From contig OZ024763.1 of assembly GCA_964016885.1 (NCBI GenBank), positions 8,618,001 to 8,682,000 on the forward strand: a DNA stretch of 64,000 nt, given 5' to 3'. Positions 24,770 through 36,915 of the stretch are shown here, one piece after another. The position numbers were made by a program, and so were the translations under genes. This stretch comes from Eledone cirrhosa. Lineage: Eukaryota. Below the pieces are notes generated by a model. The model searched no databases and had not been told where the DNA came from. It worked only from the letters and a program-made list of their open reading frames with translations. Numbering within the stretch: position 1 is the stretch's first letter; every line of letters starts with the position of its first letter.

Positions 24770-27343
24770 GTGAGAGATCAAAACTCTGATACTATAGGCT
24801 TGTGGTTAGAATGTCTCAGGAAAGAATCACTGGACAGATTTGAGAGATCACAGCTCCAATACTACAGACATGTAGTTAGAATGTCTCAGGAAAGAATCAC
24901 TGGACAGATTTGAGAGATCACAGCTCCAATACTACAGACATGTAGTTAGAATGTCTCAGGAAAGAATCACTGGACAGATTTGAGAGATCACAGCTCCAAT
25001 ACTACAGACATGTAGTTAGAATGTCTCAGGAAAGAATCACTGGACAGATTTGAGAGATCACAGCTCCAATACTACAGACATGTAGTTAGAATGTCTCAGG
25101 AAAGAATCACGACAGATTTGAGAGATCACAGCTCCAATACTACAGACATGTAGTTAGAATGTCTCGGGAAAGAATCACTGGACAGATTTGAGAGATCACA
25201 GCTCCAATACTACAGACATGTAGTTAGAATGTCTCGGGAAAGAATCACTGGACAGATTTGAGAGATCACAGCTCTGATACTACAGACATGTACTTAGAAT
25301 GTCTCAGGAAAGAATCACTGGACAGATTTGAGAGATCACAGCTCCAATACTACAGACATGTAGTTAGAATGTCTCGGGAAAGAATCACTGGACAGATTTG
25401 AGAGATCACAGCTCCAATACTACAGACATGTAGTTAGAATGTCGGGAAAGAATCACTGGACAGATTTGAGAGATCACAGCTCTGATACTACAGACATGTA
25501 CTTAGAATGTCTCAGGAAAGAATCACTGGACAGATTTGAGAGATCACAGCTCTGATACTACAGACATGTAGTTAGAATGTCTCAGGAAAGAATCATTGGA
25601 CAGATTTGAGAGATCACAGCTCCAATACTACAGACATGTAGTTAGAATGTCTCAGGAAAGAATCACTGGACAGATTTGAGAGATCACAGCTCTGATACTA
25701 CAGACATGTAGTTAGAATGTCTCAGGAAAGAATCATTGGACAGATTTGAGAGATCACAGCTCTGATACTACAGACATGTAGTTAGAATGTCTCAGGAAAG
25801 AATCATTGGACAGATTTGAGAGATCAAAACTCTAATACTACAGACATGTAGTTAGAATGTCTCAGGAAAGAATCATTGGACAGATTTGAGAGATCAAAAC
25901 TCTAATACTACAGACATGTAGTTAGAATGTCTCAGGAAAGAATCACTGGACAGATTTGAGAGATCACAGCTCTGATACTACAGACATGTAGTTAGAATGT
26001 CTCAGGAAAGAATCACTGGGCAGATTTGAGAGATCACAGCTCTGATACTACAGACATGTAGTTAGAATGTCTCAGGAAAGAATCATTGGACAGATTTGAG
26101 AGATCACAGCTCTGATACTACAGACATGTAGTTAGAATGTCTCAGGAAAGATTTGAGAGATCACAGCTCCAATACTACAGACATGTAGTTAGAATGTCTC
26201 AGGAAAGAATCACTGGACAGATTTGAGAGATCACAGCTCCAATACTACAGACATGTAGTTAGAATGTCTCGGGAAAGAATCACTGGACAGATTTGAGAGA
26301 TCACAGCTCCAATACTACAGACATGTAGTTAGAATGTCTCGGGAAAGAATCACTGGACAGATTTGAGAGATCACAGCTCCAATACTACAGACATGTAGTT
26401 AGAATGTCTCGGGAAAGAATCACTGGACAGATTTGAGAGATCACAGCTCTGATACTACAGACATGTACTTAGAATGTCTCAGGAAAGAATCACTGGACAG
26501 ATTTGAGAGATCACAGCTCCAATATTACAGACATGTAGTTAGAATGTCTCGGGAAAGAATCACTGGACAGATTTGAGAGATCACAGCTCCAATACTACAG
26601 ACATGTAGTTAGAATGTCTCGGGAAAGAATCACTGGACAGATTTGAGAGATCACAGCTCTGATACTACAGACATGTACTTAGAATGTCTCAGGAAAGAAT
26701 CACTGGACAGATTTGAGAGATCACAGCTCTGATACTACAGACATATAATTAGAATGTCTCAGGAAAGAATCACTGGACAGATTTGAGAGATCACAGCTCC
26801 AATACTACAGACATGTAGTTAGAATGTCTCAGGAAAGAATCACTGGACAGATTTGAGAGATCAAAACTCTAATACTACAGACATGTAGTTAGAATGTCTC
26901 AGGAAAGAATCACTGGACAGATTTGAGAGATTACAGCTCCAATACTACAGACATGTAGTTAGAATGTTTCAGGAAAGAATCATTGGACAGATTTGAGAGA
27001 TCACAGCTCTGATACTACAGACATGTAGTTAGAATGTCTCAGGAAAGAATCACTGGACAGATTTGAGAGATCACAGCTCTGATACTACAGACATGTAGTT
27101 AGAATGTCTCAGGAAAGAATCACTGGACAGATTTGAGAGATCACAGCGCTGATAATACAGACATGTAGTTAGAATGTCTCAGGAAAGAATCATTGGACAG
27201 ATTTGAGAGATCACAGCTCTGATACTACAGACATGTAGTTAGAATGTCTCAGGAAAGAATCACTGGACAGATTTGAGAGATCACAGCTCCAATACTACAG
27301 ACATGTAGTTAGAAAGTCTCAGGAAAGAATCATTGGACAGATT
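24770..27343. repeat. 70-bp tandem satellite (~36 units) derived from an RTE LINE ORF2 fragment
   Basis: Unit GAGAGATCACAGCTCCAATACTACAGACATGTAGTTAGAATGTCTCAGGAAAGAATCACTGGACAGATTT. The array resolves into the rest of the LINE 3' fragment at 27344-27500. Confidence 0.95.
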
Positions 27344-27609
27344 TTACAGGTCTAGACCCACCCAAGCAAGATAGTTGGATAACATCCATGAGCTTGGGAG
27401 ATCTAATTAGAGATGGTTGCTTCTGTCAGGACCAGCTGAAAGGAGTGTTTCTGGACTCTGCCCCCATGACCCTCTCAGGAATAAGTGGGCGGAGAAGAAA
27501 AGTATAAAAATTTTATTTCAACAAAAAAATACAAATATTTTTTTATAACAGTTTGTAGATTTTTTTTCAATTATTACTTTTTTAATAATTTTATTGCCAT
27601 TTTCTAGGG

Positions 27610-27640
<31 letters not shown>

Positions 27641-29054
27641 TCAATTAAATGGCTGAATATTTTATAATCTCTGATATACACCAGATCCGAACACAAAGGA
27701 ACCAAACTCCCACTCTCACTGCCTCTGTCTTTCTCCATCTCACTAATGTGAGCAAATGGGAGCCCATACGCTGGCTGGCCTGTGGCTCAGGCAGACAGAA
27801 TACAGAGGTTGTGAGAGGTGACCTAAAATCTCTGGAACTTGAAGATGACAAAGGATCTCAATGTGTGGAGAGATGCCCTGCTGAGAAGAGCCCGTCCAAC
27901 CCATGCAGGCGGTGAAAAGTGGATGTAAAAATGGCGAATGACAATGATATATATATATATTCCCTCTTTTAACATTCTTTCTCTCCCTCACCTTATATAT
28001 ATATATATAAACATATATGTATACATATATATATATATGTGTGCGTATCATCACCATCATCGTTTAACGTCTATCTTCCACGCTAGCATGGGTTAGACGG
28101 GAATTGTCCCACTTGAGGCAAGGTTGGTCGGGTGACCGTATCTCGCTGGATGCCCTTCCTAGCACCAACCACATTTACAGTGTGAACTGGGAACTTTTTA
28201 TTGTATTATCTACATGGCCACATTACAGTGTGGACTGTGTTTTTTTTTTTTGTCGTGACACCTACACAACCTCATTAGTTTGGACTGGATATTGTGATTT
28301 ATATATATATATATATATAGACACATATATATATGTGTCTATATATATGACATTTGTAAATCAATAGTGGAGTGTTGAAGTGTGTGGAAATATTTAGACT
28401 GTAAACATTTTAAAAGCAGGTAATAGCTATGAGACTCAGTTAATTGCTAGAAATAACAGCTAAGAAAATTTATGATAATTCTGTGAGGTAAAGCCTTTAC
28501 CATGAAAATACAATAGTAAATATAGAGTATTGTAAATGATAAAGGGTTAAACCAGCCCTATCTGGTCAGAATTCTCTCACCTCTTTCTATTCAAACTGGC
28601 TGTGACTGGCCACTCATACTGATGTTAAGGTACTGTTCTCAAAATAAATAATATCAAAATCTCATAGATTCAGTATTATGTGAGATAAAGCTTTTACCAT
28701 GAAATATAAAGTAATGTAAATGTTATGTGAGGTAAAGCCTTTACTGTGAAAATATAGTATATATAATGTAAATACTAATGGGTTAAACCCTTAGAAACCT
28801 TGCTTTCCTTTCAATATATATTATAGTTCTATGATGCTGGTTATTTTCCAATCTTTTGGGTCCTACCTTCCCTAGCTTTACCTTGGATTTATTCTATCTT
28901 AATCAATAATCTGTCCTGGAAGAGATTGGTGCCAATCAATGGTTGAAACAGTAAGGAAGAGGAAACTTCAGTATTGTGATCATGTCATCAGGATTGGACG
29001 AGTGTATATATGGATGTATTCATAGCTGTATATATATGGGTGTATGTGTGTATA

Positions 29055-30545
29055 ATAATGAAAATTGTGTACAGTGCTCAGGTGCACTACAACTCACCAA
29101 AGGTGCATGTATGGTACATAGAATAATATATAAATATCAGGAAGCTGGGTGTTGAGGAATGGCTTGTAAGGACAGTGCAAACTTTGTACAGAGGTACTCT
29201 CAGTAAAGTCAGGGTAGGAATGGAGTTTAGTGAGGAATTCCAGATACAAGTAGGAGTACATCAGGGTTCGGTCCTCAGCCCGCTCTTGTTCATTATAGTC
29301 CTCCAAGCCATAACAGAGGAGTTTAAGACTGGCTGTCCATGGGAACTTCTCTATGCTGACGATCTGGCTCTTATGGCAGAATCAGTAGAGGAGCTAGAGA
29401 ATAAATTCCGGCTATGGAAACAGCAGTTGGAAGCAAGAGGACTGAGAGTAAATCTAGCTAAGACAAAAGTGTTGATGAGTAGAAAAGAGGACAAAACCCT
29501 GATTCCGTCAGGGAAATGGCCATGTTCGATATGCAGAAAAGGAACTGGCATAAATTCTATAAAATGCACACAATGTAGGTCCTGGGTACACAAGAGATGT
29601 AGCGGGATAGCAGGCAAACTAACAGGTAGGGAGAACTATGTATGCAGTAGATGTACAGGGAAATTAGACAGTAGAAGTCGCACTGATAGACACATTTTTC
29701 AAATGCGAGAGGGCGCTATAGAAGTGGTCGATAGCTTCCGGTACCTAGGAGATCAGATTAGCATGGGAGGAGGGTGTTCCGAGGCCATAGTATCTAGAAT
29801 AAGGACGGGTTGGAAGAAGTTTAGGGAGCTGCTTCCTCTGTTGACGAAGAAGGGTTTCTCCCTGCGTACGAAAGGCCGGTTGTATGATGCCTGTGTGAGG
29901 AGCGCGATGCTGCATGGTAGTGAGACATGGGCAGCTACCGCAGAAGATATGCGACGGCTGGAGAGAAATGAGGCAAGCATGCTCCGTTGGATGTGCAGTG
30001 TAAATGTGCGTGAACGACCCAGCATAAATGTGTTGAGAGAGAAACTGTGTCTGAGAGGGATAGAATGTAGTGTACGGGAGAGGAGACTGAGGTGGTATGG
30101 ACATGTGATGCGCATGGAGGATGACCGATGGGTGAAGAAGTGCCAGGAAATGCCAGTTGAAGGAAGACGTGGTAGAGGTAGACCACGAAAAACATGGGCG
30201 GAGGTGGTGAGAACAGACCTCAGATCATTGAAGCTCACGGTGGAGATGACGAGGGACCGTGACGAGTGGAGAGATGCTGTGCTGAATAAGACCCGTCCCA
30301 CCCTTGCAAGCAGGGAAAAGCGGACGTAAAATGATGATGATGATGATGATGATCAGGAAAGTGAACAGTGAATGAGTCATGACATATACACAGATACATG
30401 TGTGTGTATGGAGGGGGAATATCAGGTGTAGTGTTGGTGAATTTCAGGAAACATGGAAGTTTTAAAGGATGCAGTGTCTCAACAGTTAACAACTGATGCA
30501 GGTAGTTTGTTCCATGCTTCAGCAACTCTGAGTGTGAAAAATATG
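29055..30545 (-). mobile_element. CR1-like LINE 3' end, split by the RTE insertion
   Basis: The 30360-30545 minus strand reads FFTLRVAEAWNKLPASVVNC (CR1 ORF2 end motif). The 3' UTR continues at 29143-29055. A similar UTR copy is at 22070-22150. Confidence 0.7.
29144..30351 (+). mobile_element. 5'-truncated RTE-clade LINE (RT C-terminal half plus Cys-rich zinc-finger-like insert)
   Basis: Uninterrupted 384-aa ORF 29175-30329 with GVHQGSVLSP, LLYADD, CSIC..CTQC..H..C..CSRC, FRYLG and RLRWYGHVMRM..RGRPRKTW. Ends in a (GAT)n tail and is flanked by an ATCAGGAA duplication (29136-29143, 30352-30359). Confidence 0.93.
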
Positions 30546-30869
30546 TTTGTATATATGATGAAAGGGCCAGGAGATGGCAAAAAAAGGGAGATGGACAGAT
30601 GATATTAGGAAAAGAACAAAAAGGGGTTTGGTGGAATGTACAGTAATGACGAGAGACATGAAAAGATGGAGAATGCTGGGCCATAATTCTAGGATCCCTT
30701 GACCCTCAGATATGAGGAAGACGTGTGTATATCCCAGATATTAGGAAGACCTGTGTATACCTCAGATACGAGAATGTGTGTATATCTGGCTGTGAGTACC
30801 TCAGAGAGGAGGAAGGAATTAATAATGATAACACATGGAGCTTCTCTGTTGGGTCTGATGGTTCCGTGG

Positions 30870-30928
30870 TTAAACATATTCTATATTACTTGATCTGGTC
30901 ATCGGTAGGGTGTACTGCATAAACTGAG
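30870..30928 (-). CDS. TNFR-like terminal exon 15
   Basis: ctctttcacag|[19 protein letters not shown]. Confidence 0.6.
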
Positions 30929-31142
30929 CTGTGAAAGAGAGAAAATAGGAGCCAAGTTAGAAACTGTTTCGGTGATGGTGGTGGTTGGGTAGTGGTACTT
31001 TATGGTGGTGGTGGTGGTGGGAAAGTAGATGTTAAAATGATTATATACATATAAACAATTCAATCTGGTCTACCACTCGTGGTAGGGTCTATACCGTAGT
31101 TAGAACTCAATGTAATCTGTTAGCAAATAATTCAGTGAGATC

Positions 31143-31197
<55 letters not shown>

Positions 31198-34100
31198 GGG
31201 GGGGGGGGAAGTAGTGATGTGGAGCAACTGAGAAAATATATATGAAAATAAAATATAAAAAAACAGAAACTACTTTCTAGGTTCTGTTGTTACTTACGGT
31301 AGACGATGCCCATTCGAGGCAGTGTAGTCGGTTGAATCAGCTGATTTGGTTGGCCATAATCACTGGAGGTCCGTATTGAGATACTATCCTGTTCAAAGCT
31401 CATAGGTTCACCTCTCAGTGGTTCAAACAAAGTCTGTTCATATCCAATTGGTACACTTCTCACTGGTTCAGATCTCATTGGTTCAACTCTCACTGATTCA
31501 GATCTCACTGGTTCAACTCTGACTGGCTCAACTCTGGTTGGATCATCATATCTGGTTGACTCAGCTGTAACTGCTACTTTCACAGCTGTCTCACTGTTCA
31601 GTGAATAATTGACCATTGACATAGAAATCGGTGAATCAAGATTGTCTGTTTGTTCCTCATCATTCGGCGCTGAACTTTCTTGATCTTCATTAACAGAGAG
31701 TGGAGTAGAAGGGACATAATTAATTTAGCGAGATATATATATATAAAAGAAAATACTGACATGGCTATAAAAATGAGGCTTGTTTGCATAATTGCAAACG
31801 AATCAAATGTTATTATTACTATTCGAAAAACTCAGATTACATTTATATATATGTATTCCACCCTTGCAAGCAGGGAAGAGCGGAGGTAAAATGATGATGA
31901 TGATATATATATATATTTAAGTTTGGGGGTTTACCACTGGACAAAACTGGTCATTCTGTATTCATTAGAAATATGGTAATGAAAGGGTTAATGACATAGA
32001 TAGTGTCTTACATTAGAAATATGGTAATGAAAGGGTTAATGATATAGACAGTGTCTCTCATTAGTAATATGGTAATGAAAGGGTTAATGACATAGACAGT
32101 GTCTTTCATTAGTAATATGGTAATGAAAGGGTTAAAGACATAGACAGTGTCTCTCATTAGTAATATGGTAATGAAAGGGTTAATGACATAGACAGTGTCT
32201 TTCATTAGTAATATGGTAATGAAAGGGTTAATGATATAGACAGTGTCTTACATTAGCAATATGGTAATGAAAGGGTTAATGACATAGACAGTGTCTTTCA
32301 TTAGTAATATGGTAATGAAAGGGTTAATGACATAGATAGTGTCTTACATTAGAAATATGGTAATGAAAGGGTTAAATAAAAAATATTCAATTTTTTGCTT
32401 ACGTGGTGAATTTCGCAGCAGATTCATCATGGCTTCTGTATTTTGGTGATAAATAGGATAAATTAAAGGAGTTTCTGATCCTGATTGCTGGAACATTCTG
32501 GATATAGTTGCGGGGTCATACTGGCTGTTGACTGAAATGAAGCAACATAGATGAATTATTATTAAGATAATATTAGGTTTAGATGGCTGCATCGAAACAC
32601 TGGTGTAGTGGTTCTGAGAACAATGCGGCTTTGCAGATGATCAATGCAAATTGACAATGGAAAGGCGCTCCCGCCTGAGTTAGAAGAGAACTATTGACCT
32701 TCAGGAGAAGCAGAGACCCCTGATTGTATTCAGCAACCAAAACAAATATGAAGTACACCAAATCCAATGCGCCTAGGGGTGGCCCTGGTTCTTCTTATTT
32801 GTGAGTGTAAACTCAACTAGATTAGATTAGATTAGATACATTGAATCCCTGTGTGTGGTAAGAAGTGACTAAAAGGGTTGGTATCAGTAGGGTCTCTAGT
32901 AACAATAGTAGGGTCGCTAGTAACAATAGTAGAGTCTCTAGTAACAATAGTAAGGTCTCTAGTAACAATAGTAGGGTCTCTAGTAACAATAGTAGGGTCG
33001 CTAGTAACAATAGTACAGTCTCTAATAACAATAGTACAGTGTCTAATATCAATAGTACTCACCCATATATGGAAGTGCTCGGTTCATAACACTTGTCTTG
33101 CTCATTGGCATGTATGTGTCTATGAGATTGTTTGCGCTGGGTTTTCTAGGGAGCGGCCTTTGTATCTGGTTAGGTTGGTCTTGTCTCATGCAATCTGGAT
33201 AGATGAAGAAAACAAGGGAGAATCTTAGAAAAGGGGCCAAGATACAACATAATAAAATAGCACTGGTCTTGAAAGAATAGGTACGCTTTGGGTGAGTCCC
33301 AGGGCACCTCAGGTTGGTGGAGTGGTAGGGAACTTCAGGTTTTCTAGTTGGTGGGGGGTCACTTCTGGTTTTAGGGGGCCCGGAGCACTTCAGATTTGGT
33401 GGTGGTGGTGGTGGTGGGGGGCTCTTGGAGAGCCTAGGACATTTCATGTTTGGGGGCCCTGGACACTTGAGGGTTGGAAGGCTCCTCATATACCGAAAAT
33501 TAGGATACACAGCAAACCTCCCAATTTTACACATCAAAGTTAACTTGGTACAAGTAATTGGAATTGAAAGGTTATACATATAGGTGTTAAATTAAAAGAT
33601 TCTAGCGACTAACCATCCTAAAACTAAAAACCTCAGGTGGCGTGGGGTGATATATACACATGTATATAGAAAGATTAACCCTTCACCATTTAAACCGGTC
33701 ATATCCCCCCAAAAATGTATACACACTTGAAGTTATCTGCTGTTGAAGTGTGTATACATTTTTGGGGGACAGCCTGTAAATGACAAAGACTTAAAGGCTA
33801 CTTACCTATTTGTTGATAGTTTGACTCAGTTTTCTCTCCTAAAGTAACAGAAAAATTAAGGTTTTTTAAAAAGCATTGAAACAGGTTGGATGGAGCTACA
33901 AATATTAACTTTGCATATTATTTTTGCTGTGATGGAGGGCGGTGGATTAGCAGTATCGGTAGAGGGTCGGACGCTATGTTTTGCAGCAAAGAGTTACGGT
34001 CCTTTATGATCTGAGTTCAAATCCTGCCGAGGTTAACTTTGCCTTTCATCCTTACGGGGTCGATAAAATAAAGTACCAATAATACACTGGGATAATTGCT

Positions 34101-35293
34101 GGTACCTTGTTCTGGGACCCAAGAGCTAAGAAGATCCCACAGCAACCATGCAACATCCATTTTGAGAAAAACCTTTGCCTGCTTCAGGCCCCAAAGAGGT
34201 CTTGTACCGCCCTGTTCACCCTATTTTATACACCATCAGCCGGTATAAGGAAGATAAGGGGTTTCACATCCTGATAGCGGCTGATGGTAACTTCTTTTTC
34301 TGTCTTTTAAGGGTGTTCACCCTATTCTATAAGATATCTTTATAGCATTTCTGCGCTTGAGCCCTTTCTTTATAAGTTCCCCTTCTCTGTGTCACCAATA
34401 AAACTAAGACCAATACACAGCTCGACTGATATATCTAACAAGTTGAGCAACTTAACATAAAAACCTCCACCTTGTCTCACCTGCTGTACAAGTGAAATAG
34501 TTTACTTACTTTTTCTGCCACTTTTACCTAGGGAAATAAATTTGGGAAAAAAAAAACATGAAAATTAGTTTTAATATTTTCACTCAGCATCATCATCATA
34601 TCATCATATTATTATTATTATTATTATTCTTTGAGTCTCGGTCATTGATGTTATTTAACTGGAAAGTTTGTTCATATGAACATCAAGCCTCTACCTGCAA
34701 CCTCAGACATTCAGGACGTTTCAGAGGGTTCTTGCTGTTCCCAGCAAGCATGCCTTTTGAAGTGTTCCAAAAAACAGGGCTGGACTAATCTTCTTTAGCC
34801 ATCCTTGGAGACTCCTTGAGATAGTACCTATGGTATCGGTTAATTTTCTGCCTCTATATTTTTATGTTTATTGTTGTTTTTGTTATTGTGTATTTTTACT
34901 CAATTTTTATTGTAACACCCCCACCCATTATCCCTGTCTTTGTATTGACCCCTATATCAGCCCTTGTGGTCAGTATATAGGCTATGGTCAGTCAGTATGT
35001 TATGGTCAGACTGTTGTGGTCATTATATAGGCTATGGTCAGTCAGTTTGTTGTGGTCAGTCAGTTTGTTGTGGTCAGTCAGTTGTGGTCAATATATAGGC
35101 TATGGTCAGTCAGTTGTGGTCAGTGGAAGATGCAGTATAATATCAAAGTCTACTTACATTTTGATAGTACCAGATCTGTTGGAGAAGAAATAGGACAGAG
35201 TTAGATGAATAGGACAACAGTAATAATAACCACCCCAACAACTACAGCAATTGAACCCAAGACTCACACACACACACACATACACACACACAC

Positions 35294-35325
<32 letters not shown>

Positions 35326-36877
35326 GTGTGTGTGTGTAGAAGGTGAGTAATATTGTAGAACAATAAAACTATGCATATATCAGATAAGTAGCACTCAACA
35401 GTTGGTAGAACTGGAATATATATATATATATAACAATCCTCAATATATACATACATACACACACATTATGTGTATATATATATATATATATAACAGATTA
35501 AAGTTCAAGCAAAGAATCGCTGCTTTCACCCTTAATGGGATCTTCTTTGCTTAAACTTTAATCTGTTATTTTAATAAATATTTGCTCTACGGTTTTATAT
35601 ATTTTTATATATATATCTATCCTTATTGAACCCTTTTCAGATTTTAGTCTTCACATTTATTATTAGTACTATATATATATATATATATATATGTGTGTGA
35701 AGGCGCATGGCTTAGTGGTTAGAGCATTGGGCTTGCAATCAGAAGGTTGTGAGTTGAATTCTCGGATCGGGTGATGTGCTGTTTCTTTGAGCAAGACACT
35801 TTATTTCACATTGCTCCTCCAGTTTACTCAGCTGTAGAAATGAGTACCGGCCTGCCCGCCCAGCCAGTGGGATGGCGTTATCTTATGGCTAAAACAGCAC
35901 GACGTGCTGTGACCCGAGGCACCGATTGGCGCTCGACAGACTGGTCGGTCAAGGTGATCAAGGTGATATATATATGTGTATGTATGTATATTTTATTTCC
36001 AAATGATAAAAGCAAAATTAAATTATGAGAAAAGGGGGAAGGGCAGATCTGGCTGTATGGGGAAGTAGAGGAAAGGAGTGTTAACCCTTTAGCATTTAAA
36101 CCAGCCATATCCGGCCGGAATTATCTCACCTTTTTCTGTCCAAACCAGGCATAACCTGATGCTATTACTTATGTTAAGGTATTGTTCTCAAAATAAATAA
36201 TTGTTTCTACTTTTGGAACAAGGCCAGCAATTATTCCAGTATATTACTGGTACTTTATTTTATCGACCCCATAAGGATGAAAGGCAAAGTTAACCTATGA
36301 AAATACAATAGTATATATAGAGTAATGTAAATGTTATGTGAGGTATTATGTCAGGTAAAGCCTTTACTGTGAAAATACAATAGTATACATAGAGTAATGT
36401 AAATGTTATGTGAGGTATTATGTCAGGTAAAGCCTTTACTGTGAAAATACAATAGTATATATAGAGTAATGTAAATGTTATGTGAGATATGTGAGGTAAA
36501 GCCTTTACTGTGAAAATACAATAGTATATATAGAGTAATGTAAATGTTATGTGAGATATGTGAGGTAAAGCCTTTACTGTGAAAATACAATAGTATATAT
36601 AGAGTAATGTAAATGCTAAAGGGTTAAACCAGCCATAAATGAGAGGAAAAGCACATGGGAGAATCTTATTGAAACAGTGTACTTACATATAGCTTGTATG
36701 ACCAATATTAGACCAAATACAGCAATGACAGTTATATAGATGTACTGACGCCTGGGAGAGGAGAAATAATATTTTAACAGTAGTGAAAGAATATGAAATA
36801 TTTGTTTCTACACAAGGCCAGCAATTTTGGGGGAGGGGAAAGTTGATTAAATCGACCCAGTATTAGACTGGTACTTT

Positions 36878-36915
<38 letters not shown>

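Noticed and set aside
24770-27343. CRISPR-like repeat array
   Set aside because: Contiguous 70-bp units without spacers, derived from a LINE fragment.
29175-30329. Retron, DGR or group II intron reverse transcriptase system
   Set aside because: Motifs, (GAT)n tail, TSD and multiple decayed copies identify an ordinary eukaryotic RTE LINE.
33229-33640. Proline-rich N-terminal part of ORF 33049..33579
   Set aside because: It is a dispersed repeat (copies at ~2975-3050 and 13740-13930). Only 33194-33063 is exon-like.
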